DNA of 64,000 bases from Acidobacteriota bacterium (GCA_017883185.1 JADGOB010000005.1:1644-65643); one strand, 5' to 3'; shown: positions 41,866 through 53,158, counted from the stretch's first letter. The notes: a model not told the origin generated them from the letters alone. Program-made: numbers and translations.

Positions 41866-44799
41866 ATGAACAAGCAGTGGAACACGGCAGCCGCCAAGTC
41901 CGGACTCCGGTGGCGCTGGCCCGGTTGGGCGGCGGTCACGCCGGCGTTGCTGACCGTTGCCATTACGGCCATCCTTCTCTCCCTCGGCCTGGCCAACATC
42001 GTCATCCGGGCCACCTGGCACGAGGCCGACGACGGGGTGTTGTGGGTGAGCCGCGTGGAGGGCGTGACGGCGTTCGACGTGGCGCCGGGGACGCCCGCGG
42101 ATCGGGCCGGAATCAGGGCGGGCGACCTCCTCGAGGCGATTGACGGGCAGTACGTCGAGCGGCCGTCGGACGTCGCGGACCTGCTCCACCGCGCAAAGGA
42201 AGGGCAGCCGGTCAATTACCGGGTGCTGCGGCTTGGTACCGCCGAAGCCTTCGATTTCCGTCTCGCATCCGTGCCCCGCGGCAACACCAGCCTCTACCTC
42301 GTGCTCGCGCCGGTGGGCCTGTTCACCCTGCTCGTCGGCGCGGCCGTCCGGTTGCGTCGGCCCAGCCACCCGGCCACGCTGCACTTCCTCTGGCTTGCCG
42401 GGGCGTTCTTCGGGTGGACCGTGTTCTCGTTCAGTGGTCGCCTGGACCGGCTCGACTGGCTGTTCTACTGGTGTGACGCCGGGGCGGTCCTGCTGTTGCC
42501 GCCGCTGTTCCTGCACTTCACGTTTTTCTTTCCGGAACGCCCCCGCACCTGGGTGATCACGCCGCTCGGAAGCCGCTTCTGGCCGCTGATCTACCTGCCG
42601 GCGTTGCTGCTGGGCGCGACACGGGTCATCGCGATTGGCAGGGCGGCGCAGGACGAGCAGTTCTACATTAACGGCATCGTCGAGGCGCTGGACCGGTTCG
42701 AGCCGCTCTACCTGTCCATCTACCTGGCGGCCGGTCTCGTGGTCATGGCTACCGCCTTCCGCGAGGTGCGCACCGTGACCGCGCGGCGCCAGTTGCGCTG
42801 GATCGCGTGGGGCACGGCGCTCGGCGGCCTTCCGTTCGTGTTCGGGTACGCGCTGCCGTACGCGGTTGGCATCAACGGGTCGCTGCCGATGGACCTGTCG
42901 GCCATCCCGCTCAGCCTGATCCCGCTGACGTTCGCCTGCGCCATCGTGCGATACCGGCTGGCGGACGTCGAGGTGATCGTCAAGCGGGCGATGGTGTGGG
43001 CGGCGGCGTTGACGGCGATCGCGGCGATCTACGCGGTGCTGCTGCGTGTGGCCGGCTGGATCTTCCTCGAGGACTCGCACCAGCACAACTCGGTGATCGC
43101 GGTGCTGGCGACGCTCGTCGTGGTGCTGGTCGCACGGCCGCTGAAGAACGCCATCCAGGCCACATTCGACCGCGCGTTCTATCGCGACCGCTACGACTAC
43201 CGCCGGGCGCTCGTGGGTTTCGCGCGCGACCTCAGCTCGGACCTCGATCTCTACCGCCTCGGCGATCGGATTGTTGCGCGGGTCACCGAGACGCTGCTCG
43301 TGGACCGCATGTCCCTCCTCCTTGCCGAGGAGCGGACGGCCGAGTTCGTGGCCATCAGGTCGGCAGGGCTCTCGGGCGAGCCGGCGCGGCTCGGCCGCAA
43401 CTCCGCGCTTGGCGCGCGGGTGTCGGCGGGGGTCGCGGTGGCGATGGACGACCCGACGACTACGCACGGCATCCCGGTCGGGGAGCTCGAGCCGTGGCGC
43501 GACCGGGAGTTGTATTACTTCGTCCCGTGCGTCTCGAAGGAGACGACGATTGCGGTGCTGGCCCTCGGGCGCAAGCCGCACGACGAGCCGCTCAACTCAG
43601 AGGACCTGGCGCTGCTGGCAGCGGTCGCCGGCCAGGCGGCGACGGCGCTGGAGAACGGTCGCCTCTATCGACAGCTCCACGTGAAGGCTGAAGAGTTAGG
43701 GCGGATGCGCGAGTTCAACGAGAGCATCCTGGAATCGCTGGACGCCGGCCTGGCCGTGGTGGACGTGCACGACCGGGTGATCCGGTGGAACCGCGCGCTG
43801 GAGACGACCCATGGCGCCGCGCGGGCTGAGGCCGTGGGCCGGACCCTGGGCGAGTTGTTCGGCGCGGCGTTCGTGACAGCGGTGAGGGCCGCGCGCCAGC
43901 AGTCGCTGCGGGGCGGCACGTTCTACCGCTTTCCGCTGGCCACCCGGACGCCGGGCGATAACCGCACGCTCGTCAACATCACCACCGTTCCGCTCCAGTC
44001 GCTCGCCGGCAGCGGCGCGGCGGACACCGGCACGGTCATCATCGTGGACGATGTGACGGCGCGGGCGCAGCTCGAAGAGCAGCTGCAGATCTCGGACAAG
44101 ATGGCGTCGATCGGGCTGCTCGCCGCTGGCGTGGCGCACGAGGTGAACACGCCGCTGACCGGCATCTCGAGCTTCACGCAGATGCTGCTCGACGGGGCCG
44201 ACCCGCAGGATCCGAAGACACGCCTCCTCGAGAAGATCGAGCGCCAGACGTTCCGCGCGGCCAAGATCGTCAACGGTCTCTTGAACCTGTCGCGCCCGGC
44301 GACCGCGGCGCCCGAGCGCGCGCCCGTGGATCTGAACGTCGTCGTCAACGACGTCCTGTCGCTCCTCGAGCACCAGTTCAAGATCTCGCGGATCCAGATT
44401 CGTCGCGAGATGGCCTCCCCTGGTCCCGTGGTGATGGGCGCCGAGTTCAAGCTGCAGCAGGTGTTCCTGAACCTGTTCATCAACGCGCGCGACGCGATGC
44501 CGAAGGGCGGCTGGCTGTCGATCGCGACGCGGGTGGTGGACGGCACCGCCGTCGTCGAGGTGGGCGATACCGGGGGTGGCATCCCGAGTGAGTGTCTCGC
44601 CCGCATCTACGACCCGTTCTTCACGACCAAGACGATAGGCCAGGGCACGGGGCTCGGCCTGTCGATCACCTACGGCATCGTGCGGGAGCACGATGGTACG
44701 ATTGCGTGCGACAGCGAGGTGGGGATCGGCACCCGCTTCACGCTGTCGTTCCAGGTGGCGGCCGTCTCGGCGGTCCCACGGTCGGGCCGCGCCGGCTGA
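41866..44799 (+). CDS. hybrid-architecture sensor histidine kinase: TM-PDZ-multiTM-GAF-PAS-HisKA-HATPase_c
   Basis: PDZ-like segment GTPADRAGIRAGDLLEAIDG, followed by about 8 hydrophobic helices. GAF-like region around VDRMSLLLAEE and PAS-like ILESLDAGLAVVDVHDRVIRWN. H-box is GVAHEVNTPLT (NtrB/AtoS type), with DTGGGIP and GTGLGLSI. Confidence 0.9.
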   Translation: MNKQWNTAAAKSGLRWRWPGWAAVTPALLTVAITAILLSLGLANIVIRATWHEADDGVLWVSRVEGVTAFDVAPGTPADRAGIRAGDLLEAIDGQYVERPSDVADLLHRAKEGQPVNYRVLRLGTAEAFDFRLASVPRGNTSLYLVLAPVGLFTLLVGAAVRLRRPSHPATLHFLWLAGAFFGWTVFSFSGRLDRLDWLFYWCDAGAVLLLPPLFLHFTFFFPERPRTWVITPLGSRFWPLIYLPALLLGATRVIAIGRAAQDEQFYINGIVEALDRFEPLYLSIYLAAGLVVMATAFREVRTVTARRQLRWIAWGTALGGLPFVFGYALPYAVGINGSLPMDLSAIPLSLIPLTFACAIVRYRLADVEVIVKRAMVWAAALTAIAAIYAVLLRVAGWIFLEDSHQHNSVIAVLATLVVVLVARPLKNAIQATFDRAFYRDRYDYRRALVGFARDLSSDLDLYRLGDRIVARVTETLLVDRMSLLLAEERTAEFVAIRSAGLSGEPARLGRNSALGARVSAGVAVAMDDPTTTHGIPVGELEPWRDRELYYFVPCVSKETTIAVLALGRKPHDEPLNSEDLALLAAVAGQAATALENGRLYRQLHVKAEELGRMREFNESILESLDAGLAVVDVHDRVIRWNRALETTHGAARAEAVGRTLGELFGAAFVTAVRAARQQSLRGGTFYRFPLATRTPGDNRTLVNITTVPLQSLAGSGAADTGTVIIVDDVTARAQLEEQLQISDKMASIGLLAAGVAHEVNTPLTGISSFTQMLLDGADPQDPKTRLLEKIERQTFRAAKIVNGLLNLSRPATAAPERAPVDLNVVVNDVLSLLEHQFKISRIQIRREMASPGPVVMGAEFKLQQVFLNLFINARDAMPKGGWLSIATRVVDGTAVVEVGDTGGGIPSECLARIYDPFFTTKTIGQGTGLGLSITYGIVREHDGTIACDSEVGIGTRFTLSFQVAAVSAVPRSGRAG

Positions 44800-44870
44800 G
44801 ACGGTGACGGCACTCGATTCCGCCGCTGCGATCGCGGAGACGTCTCCCGATCCACTGTCTGTTCACACCT

Positions 44871-46304
<1,434 letters not shown>

Positions 46305-46307
<3 letters not shown>

Positions 46308-46330
46308 GGGTGACCGGCCGGTCGCCCCTA
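46305..46330. terminator. palindromic hairpin embedding both convergent stop codons
   Basis: TAGGGGTGACCGG/CCGGTCGCCCCTA is a 13-nt-arm palindrome with one mismatch. The TAG of the response regulator (46305-07) and the CTA (= TAG) of the last glycosyltransferase (46328-30) are its two ends. There is no T-tract. Confidence 0.45.
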
Positions 46331-47632
46331 CCGCTTGGCGAGCCTCCCCATCATCCTGTCGTACTTCGACAGGATGACATCCCACCGGTAGCTCTTGCGG
46401 ACGTAGTCGCGGCCGTTCTGTCCGAGGGCGGCACGCAGCCGTTCGTCCGACACCAGCAGGCTCAGGCACTCGACGAACTCGTGGCGGTCGGCGTAGAACA
46501 GGCCCGCGTTGCTGGTGAGGCAGTGGTCGACGAGCACCTCGCTCCTGGCATTCGCGAGCACCGGCGTGCCCACCGAGAACGCTTCGAGGGCGAGCAGCGA
46601 CAGGCTCTCGTACGGTGACGGGACGACGACGACCGTGGCCGCCTCGAGGGCCTGGCCTCGCTCGGTGTCGGAGAGCAGGCCGGCGAAGTTGATGAACCGC
46701 TCCTCGGGGAGTGGCATCAGCTTCACGCCCATGAGCACGAGCGACGCGTCGCCTCCCTCGCCGACGTAGGTGCTGAAGTACTCGATCAGTTCCTCGCACC
46801 CCTTGCCCTTTTCGATGCGGCCCCCGTAGAGCACGAAGGGACCGTGCAGCCGGTGGCGGCGGCGAAACATCGCCCCGCGCGAGGTGAGGTGCGATCGGAA
46901 TTGCCGCCTGTCCTGCGCCTCACCCGCGGGCGGAGCCTCGACGTCGCCCTCGGTCGCGTCGCCCGCTCCCGGCGAATGCCGGGGGTAGGCGTGATGCTGC
47001 GGCAGGTCCACGCCGCACCCAACTGTCTCCTCGGAGACGGCGTGGACCGAGAACTGCGTGGTGAGGAATCGTCGCTCGGCCTCAGTGTTGTAGGCGATGG
47101 CCGCCGGCAGGCTGAAGACCTCCTTGTAGATCGACAGGCGAATCGCCGGCTCATCGTGGGCGGTCGGCACCAGGATACTGCGAGACGGCGCGACCTTCAG
47201 GCCGAGGACGGTGGGTGCGTAGAGGTAGGTGAAGAAGATCAGCGCATCGTAGGACGCGTGATGCTGCTGCAGGTAGTCGAGCAGCGCCGGGCACCACGGG
47301 CCCTGTTGCTGCAGCCACTCCATCTCGTCGGCCTCGGTGTGCGGGTTCGAGAAGATCCAGTCGGAGTACCGGTTGAACGATGCGAGATCGCGCGTGCGCG
47401 CGTTCGGGAACCGGCGGACCGTGACGCCGCGGATCCGGTCGGGCGCCTCCGGGTACTCGTTCTGCCACGTGATGTAGTCGCGGGCGCAGGTGGTCAGCAC
47501 CTCGACCTGGTGGCGCTGCGCCAGGCGCTCGGCGATCAGCCGGCAGTGGTACTCGGACCCGCCGAGAATCTCGGTGCCGTAGCGTTGAATGATGAACGCA
47601 ATCTTCACGCTTCCCCCGAATCGATCCGACAA
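46328..47632 (-). CDS. GT4-family glycosyltransferase, type A (paralogue of 49908..51203)
   Basis: VKIAFIIQRYGTEILGGSEYHCRLIAERL...VEVLTTCARDYITWQNEYP, with a C-terminal PSPYESLSLLALEAFSVGTPVLAN (E-x7-E region). Confidence 0.85.
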   Translation of the reverse strand: MSDRFGGSVKIAFIIQRYGTEILGGSEYHCRLIAERLAQRHQVEVLTTCARDYITWQNEYPEAPDRIRGVTVRRFPNARTRDLASFNRYSDWIFSNPHTEADEMEWLQQQGPWCPALLDYLQQHHASYDALIFFTYLYAPTVLGLKVAPSRSILVPTAHDEPAIRLSIYKEVFSLPAAIAYNTEAERRFLTTQFSVHAVSEETVGCGVDLPQHHAYPRHSPGAGDATEGDVEAPPAGEAQDRRQFRSHLTSRGAMFRRRHRLHGPFVLYGGRIEKGKGCEELIEYFSTYVGEGGDASLVLMGVKLMPLPEERFINFAGLLSDTERGQALEAATVVVVPSPYESLSLLALEAFSVGTPVLANARSEVLVDHCLTSNAGLFYADRHEFVECLSLLVSDERLRAALGQNGRDYVRKSYRWDVILSKYDRMMGRLAKR

Positions 47633-47635
47633 GAC

Positions 47636-48706
47636 CTACGCCACGCGCGCGATGACGGACTGCAGTTCGCGGCAAACGCGCGCGTCGCCGAAATCTGCCA
47701 GCCGCCGCCGCTGTCCCTCGATCACCGATCGCCTCACCTCGTCGTCGAAGGTCAGCACGCCGAGGAGTTCCGCGGCGTACTCGAGATCCTTCGGCGAGAA
47801 CTGCATGCCAGCGCCGCCAAGCGTGTCGGGCACGGCGGCCGCCGCGTAGGCCAGCACCGGCACGTCCGCGGCCATCGCCTCGAGCAGGGGGACGCAGAAC
47901 CCCTCGTGCTCGCTCAACGACACGTACACGCTCGCCATCCTGAAGTACGTCGCGAGATCCTCGTTCGGCGCCGGGCCGGTGAAGATGAACCGGTCCGGCG
48001 GCAGGTCGTACTCGCGGATGAGCGCGCGTATCGTTGAATAGTAGCGCGGGACGCCGTCGTACCGCCCGACGAAGATGAACCGGTAGTCGGTGTTGACGTA
48101 GCGCTTGTACTGCTCGGCCAGCCGGATGTAGTCCTCGATCTTCTTGTTCGGGACGATCCGGCCGACGAAGAGGAAGTTCTCCAGGCCGTCGTCCAGGATC
48201 TCCTCGAGCGCAGGGCGACGCGGGGCGCGCGTGATGCGATCGGTGTCGATCGCTATCGGCATCACGCCCGTCGGTCCGAATCCCATGCGCTCGAGCTCGG
48301 CGCGGTTGTACTCCGAGTCGCCGAGCGCGAGGTCCACTCGGCCCACGAGGGTGGACAGGTCCTGCCGGCCGAGCCGCGCGAGGCGAAACAGGTTCGTGTC
48401 GTACGGCGCGAAGAAGTGGGCCGGCGTGATGTTGTGATACTGGAGCACCCGCCCGCGCGGAAGGTCGCCGAACAGGCTTGTCATCGGCGAGGGCAGCGCG
48501 AAGTGGAAGATGGTGACGTCGCCGCCGCGGGTCTCGGGGTGGTCGAACGATCGCGCGACGCCCTTCAGGTCGTCGTCGATCGTCATCGCGTAGAGCTCAG
48601 ACGCGTGGCCCATCCCGCGCAGCAGCGCCTGCACTCGGCGGGCGCTGTCGCCGATCGCGTCGCCGCGATGGGCCGCCGGCACCCACTGGTTGACGGTCAA
48701 CGCCAT
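47636..48706 (-). CDS. GT4-family glycosyltransferase, type B (paralogue of 48706..49911)
   Basis: Real part of ORF 47636..49579, from MALTVNQWVPAAHRGDAIGD, with YHNITPAHFF, FVGRIVPNKKIED and EHEGFCVPLLEAMAADVPVLAY. Confidence 0.85.
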   Translation of the reverse strand: MALTVNQWVPAAHRGDAIGDSARRVQALLRGMGHASELYAMTIDDDLKGVARSFDHPETRGGDVTIFHFALPSPMTSLFGDLPRGRVLQYHNITPAHFFAPYDTNLFRLARLGRQDLSTLVGRVDLALGDSEYNRAELERMGFGPTGVMPIAIDTDRITRAPRRPALEEILDDGLENFLFVGRIVPNKKIEDYIRLAEQYKRYVNTDYRFIFVGRYDGVPRYYSTIRALIREYDLPPDRFIFTGPAPNEDLATYFRMASVYVSLSEHEGFCVPLLEAMAADVPVLAYAAAAVPDTLGGAGMQFSPKDLEYAAELLGVLTFDDEVRRSVIEGQRRRLADFGDARVCRELQSVIARVA

Positions 48707-49911
48707 CAGACAATCCTCGATGGCGCCTTCGGCAGCGCGCAGTACAGAGCCGGACGGAACTGCGTGAGCTCCTCGAACTGCTCGAATGACGCCACCTGGT
48801 CCCAGAAATCGTCCGTGACCGCCCGCTTCGTCTGACGCGGCGAGGCCACGACCCGATCGATGAAACCGAGGAGCGTCCTCGGGAAGTTCTTCGCGAGCAG
48901 CCGGTCGAGCGCCGCGTCCTGGCCCGCCACGATCTGGTCGCGAAGAGCGGCGTTCGACACCACCTGGTCGATCAGCGCGCCCACGTGCGCGGGATCCTTG
49001 GCCGAATAGAGCACGCCGGCGCCGTCCATCGTGGCCGGCACCGCTGTCGCCGCGTAGGCCACCACGGGAATGCCCTCGAAGAACGCCTCGACCAGCGGCA
49101 CGCAGAACCCCTCGTGTTCGCTGGCGCAGAGGAACACGTCCGCCACGTCGTAGCACGCGGCCAGCTCGGCGTTGCTCACGTGGCCGAGGAAGCGGACGCC
49201 ATTCGTCCCGAGCCGGGCGACGAGTTCCTGCAGCATCGCGTGGTAGCGATCGAAGCCCGAGTAGCTGCCGACGAGGAGCAGGCGCGACCGCGGGTTGAAC
49301 AGCCACTGGTAGGCGTGGAACAGCCGGATGACGTCGTCGATCCGCTTGTTCGGAATGACTCGGCCCACGAAGATCACGTTCGTCCACGCATCGTCGAACT
49401 CCGCGGCGACGCGGCGGTCGGGGGCGACATCGAGATGCGAGAAGCCGGGGACGACGGGGAGCACCGCGGTGCGGGGGAAGTTCATCGCCTCGAGCTCCTT
49501 CCGGTTGAACTCGGAGTCGCCGAGGGCCAGGTCGCAGCGCTCGGCGTACGCGGAGAGTTCGCGGCGCCCGCGGTAGCACTGGCGGACCAGGAGCGGGTGG
49601 ACGTCCACGAAGTACTCGGGCGGCGTGATGTTGTGATAGACCAGCACCATCCGATCCGGCAACGCGTACGCGATGCGCGAGGCGCGCGAGCCGATCGAGA
49701 AGTGATGGATCAGGATGTTGTCGGGCCTGCTGAACGACGCCAGGTCGCGGTAGTCGCGGGTGAGGTGCTCGAGGCGCGAATCGGCCGTCTCGACGAAGAT
49801 CTCCGACGCGTAGCCGGCCTCGCGAAGGACCCGGCGGATGCCGAGCACCTCGTGCCCGATCGCATCCCCATAGCCGAGCGTCGCCAGCACCTGGTGAACC
49901 TGAGGCTTCAT
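48706..49911 (-). CDS. GT4-family glycosyltransferase, type B
   Basis: Real part of ORF 48706..50505, from MKPQVHQVLATLGYGDAIGHE, with YHNITPPEYF, FVGRVIPNKRIDD and EHEGFCVPLVEAFFEGIPVVAY. It shares an ATGA overlap with the next gene. Confidence 0.85.
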   Translation of the reverse strand: MKPQVHQVLATLGYGDAIGHEVLGIRRVLREAGYASEIFVETADSRLEHLTRDYRDLASFSRPDNILIHHFSIGSRASRIAYALPDRMVLVYHNITPPEYFVDVHPLLVRQCYRGRRELSAYAERCDLALGDSEFNRKELEAMNFPRTAVLPVVPGFSHLDVAPDRRVAAEFDDAWTNVIFVGRVIPNKRIDDVIRLFHAYQWLFNPRSRLLLVGSYSGFDRYHAMLQELVARLGTNGVRFLGHVSNAELAACYDVADVFLCASEHEGFCVPLVEAFFEGIPVVAYAATAVPATMDGAGVLYSAKDPAHVGALIDQVVSNAALRDQIVAGQDAALDRLLAKNFPRTLLGFIDRVVASPRQTKRAVTDDFWDQVASFEQFEELTQFRPALYCALPKAPSRIV

Positions 49912-51203
49912 GATCGTCGGGACGGTCCCTTGGGTAGTCTTTCCAGCACGTACTCCGCCGGGGGCAGCGTCAGCTTCCGCCGCTGCCACCAGCCTGGAAG
50001 GGGTTCGGATAACGGTCCGCCGCCGGACGGCTTCTCGCGCGCGAGATCGTCGAGCAGGTCCATGTACTGCTTTTCGACCACCGGCCAGGCGTAGTGCCGC
50101 CGGAAGTAGGCGCACCCGTTCGCGCCCAGCGCCCGCGCCTGCTCGGGTCGGCGCGCGAACCACGACAGCGCCTCGGCAAACTCGTCCCAGGTCTCGTAGA
50201 AGAGGCCGGCGTTGCTCCGGAGGCACTGTCCCTTCAGCACGTCGCACTTCGCGTTGGCGAGGACCGGCTTGCCCGTCGCCCACGCCTCGAGCGCCACGAT
50301 CGACAGGCTCTCGTAGTACGACGGCATGACCAGGAGCTCCGACGCCGCGATCCCGTCGAACTTGTCCTCGTCCGGGACGAACCCCAGGTGCCGGATGCGC
50401 GGGTTGTCCGGGATGGGCAGGATCGAGTTGCCGCACAGGACGAGCTGCATCGGGCTCCGCTCGCTTCGCGTGAAGCGCACGAAGAAGTCGAACAGCTCGT
50501 CGCACCCCTTGTTCTGATCGATCCGGCCCACGTAGATCGCGAACGGTCCCTCGATCCCGTACTTCTGGCGGAACCGTCCCGGCTCCACGCGCTCGGGAAC
50601 CTCCGACCCGCTGCCGGCGACGATGGACGGGATACTGTCGTTGCCTGACGCGCCGTTCACGAGATCCCGCTCTTCGGGCGTCAGGTAGACGACGCCGCGA
50701 ACACCGTTCAGCAGGGGCCTGAACAGCGACACGCCGATGGCCGGTTCCCGTTCCGCGGTCGGCACGAGCACCGCCCGGTCCGGCACGGCTCTCGCGCCGT
50801 AGTACGCCTGGTAGTAGCGGAAGCTCCAGAACAGGAAGAAATCGTACGCGTCGCGGTTCGAACGGATGTACTCGATCAGCCCGGGGCTCGTGGGCCCTTC
50901 GGCGTCCAGCCAGGCCAGTTCGTCGGCCACCGAGTGTGTCTGCTGGAACACGGTGGCCGACAACCGCCCGAAGCGTTCCACGCTGCGGCGATGGCGCACC
51001 GGGAAGCGCCTGACCATCAACCCGTTCACGACGTCACGTCCGGCCGGCAGCTCGTTCCGCCACGTGACGTAGTCCCGCGCGCACGAGGTCAGCACCTCGA
51101 CTTCGGCGTACTTCGACAGGTGCTCCGCCACGTGGCGGGCGTGCAACTCCGCGCCGCCCGCGATGGCGGTCCCGTAGCGCTGAACGACGACGGCGAGTTT
51201 CAC
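49908..51203 (-). CDS. GT4-family glycosyltransferase, type A
   Basis: MKLAVVVQRYGTAIAGGAELHARHVAEHL...VEVLTSCARDYVTWRNELP and PSYYESLSIVALEAWATGKPVLAN. There are ATGA overlaps at both ends. Confidence 0.85.
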   Translation of the reverse strand: MKLAVVVQRYGTAIAGGAELHARHVAEHLSKYAEVEVLTSCARDYVTWRNELPAGRDVVNGLMVRRFPVRHRRSVERFGRLSATVFQQTHSVADELAWLDAEGPTSPGLIEYIRSNRDAYDFFLFWSFRYYQAYYGARAVPDRAVLVPTAEREPAIGVSLFRPLLNGVRGVVYLTPEERDLVNGASGNDSIPSIVAGSGSEVPERVEPGRFRQKYGIEGPFAIYVGRIDQNKGCDELFDFFVRFTRSERSPMQLVLCGNSILPIPDNPRIRHLGFVPDEDKFDGIAASELLVMPSYYESLSIVALEAWATGKPVLANAKCDVLKGQCLRSNAGLFYETWDEFAEALSWFARRPEQARALGANGCAYFRRHYAWPVVEKQYMDLLDDLAREKPSGGGPLSEPLPGWWQRRKLTLPPAEYVLERLPKGPSRRS

Positions 51204-52087
51204 TGGTCTTCGCGGTCTGGGGCCGTGGGCGCGTCCGTCCCCGCCGCCCGTTCCCTTCCCTCGTCATCGCGGCCGCCAGACTTGGGTGCCTGGTCGTCGG
51301 GGCCCGATGACACGGCTTCGTCGCCTGTCCCGTTCGCGCCCGCAGCCGCGCCTTCGCCCGGCACGCGGCTCGTCGGGCCACCCCGCCGTCCGCGGCGCCT
51401 CCTTCGGCGTCGCCGCGCCTCGATGCCGGCCGCCTGGTCGGCGTCGGGCGCAGGCGCCTGTGCCGACGGCCCAGGCTGCGCCGGCGGGGCCTGCGGGGCC
51501 TGCGCGTGAGGAGCGCGCCCGCGAGCCGGCGCCTCGGCGGTCTTCTCCTCGGAGCGGTACTGCACGATGCCCTCGAGCGCCCGCGCGCGCCGTTCCGCGA
51601 AGTCGAAGCGGCTCGACATCGACTCCACCCGCATCTTGAGATTCTTCACCTCGATGCTCAGGCGCGTCGTTTCGAGGACGAGGTTGTGGAGCAGTTCGTA
51701 CGAGATCTCGGTGTACTGCGTCTGTCGGGTGTTGATGTCAGCCTGCATGTGCAGGACGTGAATCAACGGGTTCGGGTTGAATTGCAGCTTGAGGATCGGG
51801 CGGAGCAGGCGCCGGATCCACCGCAGCGGCGCGCGGTGGGACTCGAACAGCGTCGTGTCCTCGAAGGAGTAGTTCTCGAGCGGCGAGATGCCGCCCTTCC
51901 GGAACTGCTCCAGCAGCCCGGAGCGCACTTTCTGCGGATCGAGGAACCGTTCGAGCTTGACTGCCGCCAGTTCCCGAATCTGCTGCTCGGTGTAGTCCAC
52001 GCCACGCTTCTCGCGGATCTTGGCGCGGATCTGCTGCATGATCTGTTCGACGTTCACCGAGTCGGACCGGATGTTGAAGTCGGCCAT
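51200..52087 (-). CDS. hypothetical protein: conserved helical N-terminal ~190 aa plus a disordered Ala/Pro/Arg-rich tail
   Basis: MADFNIRSDSVNVEQIMQQIRAKIREKRG... with a predicted coiled segment LVLETTRLSIEVKNLKMRVESMSSRFDFAERRARALE. The tail contains RRRRRRRRGRRGG. It is translationally coupled to the downstream GT. Confidence 0.6.
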   Translation of the reverse strand: MADFNIRSDSVNVEQIMQQIRAKIREKRGVDYTEQQIRELAAVKLERFLDPQKVRSGLLEQFRKGGISPLENYSFEDTTLFESHRAPLRWIRRLLRPILKLQFNPNPLIHVLHMQADINTRQTQYTEISYELLHNLVLETTRLSIEVKNLKMRVESMSSRFDFAERRARALEGIVQYRSEEKTAEAPARGRAPHAQAPQAPPAQPGPSAQAPAPDADQAAGIEARRRRRRRRGRRGGPTSRVPGEGAAAGANGTGDEAVSSGPDDQAPKSGGRDDEGRERAAGTDAPTAPDREDQ

Positions 52088-52159
52088 CAGTTATCGAATC
52101 CGAGTTCGTGCCAGTTGTCGGTCGCCGGCGGGGGCACGTCCGGCGCCGGCCACTTATCT

Positions 52160-53137
52160 CTAGTATCTCCGCCCGAAGACGCTGCCCGGTTCCCCGGACC
52201 CGTACACGATGACGACGACCGCCGCGGCCCAGAGGGCCACGCACACCAGCAGGGGCCGGTCGGTCAGCAGCATCTCGGCCGGGCTTCCCCCACCCTCTTT
52301 CTGGTGAACCAGGTAGAGGTACCGGAAGATGCCGTAGAGGGGGAATGGGATGGTCAGCGCGAGGTACTCCGTGTTGAAGTTCTGCACGGTCTCCGGGCTA
52401 ATCGTGTAGAAGATGTACGCGATCAGCGTTGACGCCGCGACGACGCCGATCATCTGGTCGAGCAGGTAGGGGCTGTACTCGCCGAGGATCCGCCGGTGCT
52501 CGGTCGCTCCCGACGCGAGCAGCGTCAACTCGTGCCGCCGCTTGCTGAGCCCCAGGAACAGCGCGAGCAGCACCGTGCACACCAGCAGCCAGTGGCTAAT
52601 CGCCACGTTGATCACCACCGCGCCCGCGACCGCCCGCAGCACGAACCCGATCGCGATCGTCAGCACGTCGATGATCACGATGTGTTTGAGCCGCGCAGAA
52701 TAGCCGGCGAACAGCACGACGTAGGCGACGGCGACGAGGCCGAAGACCGGGCGCAGCCAGAACGCCAGCGACAGGAACACGACGCCCAGGACGATCGCCG
52801 CCGCGAGCGCCACGCCAGGCGACAACTGCCCGGACGCGATCGGCCGCCGTGATTTCAAGGGATGACGACGGTCCGCGTCACGATCGGCGATGTCGTTCAG
52901 GAGATAGACCACGCCCGACAGGGCGCAGAACACCACGAAGGCGGCACAGGTGACCGCCAGGGCCCTCGGCTCGAACAGTTGCTTGCCGAACAACAGCCCC
53001 GCGAAGACGAACAGGTTCTTGGTCCACTGGCCGGGTCGAAGCGAAACGACCAAGCTGGCAAACCTTGAACGAGCCGGGGCGCCTCCGACAGCAGAGGCGT
53101 CCCTGGTCACGGCATCCACGAGTGGCTGGCGCGCCAT
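52160..53137 (-). CDS. UbiA-superfamily polyprenyl-phosphate phosphoribosyltransferase (DPPR synthase, Rv3806c-like)
   Basis: LRPGQWTKN, YLLNDIADRDADRRHPLKSRRPIASG, SKRRHEL, IFRY and PAEMLLTDRPL are co-linear, as I recall them, with the M. tuberculosis Rv3806c motifs MRPRQWVKN / YLVNDVRDVEADREHPTKRFRPIAAG / GKRYAEL / ILRY. Confidence 0.85.
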   Translation of the reverse strand: MARQPLVDAVTRDASAVGGAPARSRFASLVVSLRPGQWTKNLFVFAGLLFGKQLFEPRALAVTCAAFVVFCALSGVVYLLNDIADRDADRRHPLKSRRPIASGQLSPGVALAAAIVLGVVFLSLAFWLRPVFGLVAVAYVVLFAGYSARLKHIVIIDVLTIAIGFVLRAVAGAVVINVAISHWLLVCTVLLALFLGLSKRRHELTLLASGATEHRRILGEYSPYLLDQMIGVVAASTLIAYIFYTISPETVQNFNTEYLALTIPFPLYGIFRYLYLVHQKEGGGSPAEMLLTDRPLLVCVALWAAAVVVIVYGSGEPGSVFGRRY

Positions 53138-53158
53138 GCAAGCGCGGGATGGGGAGGG

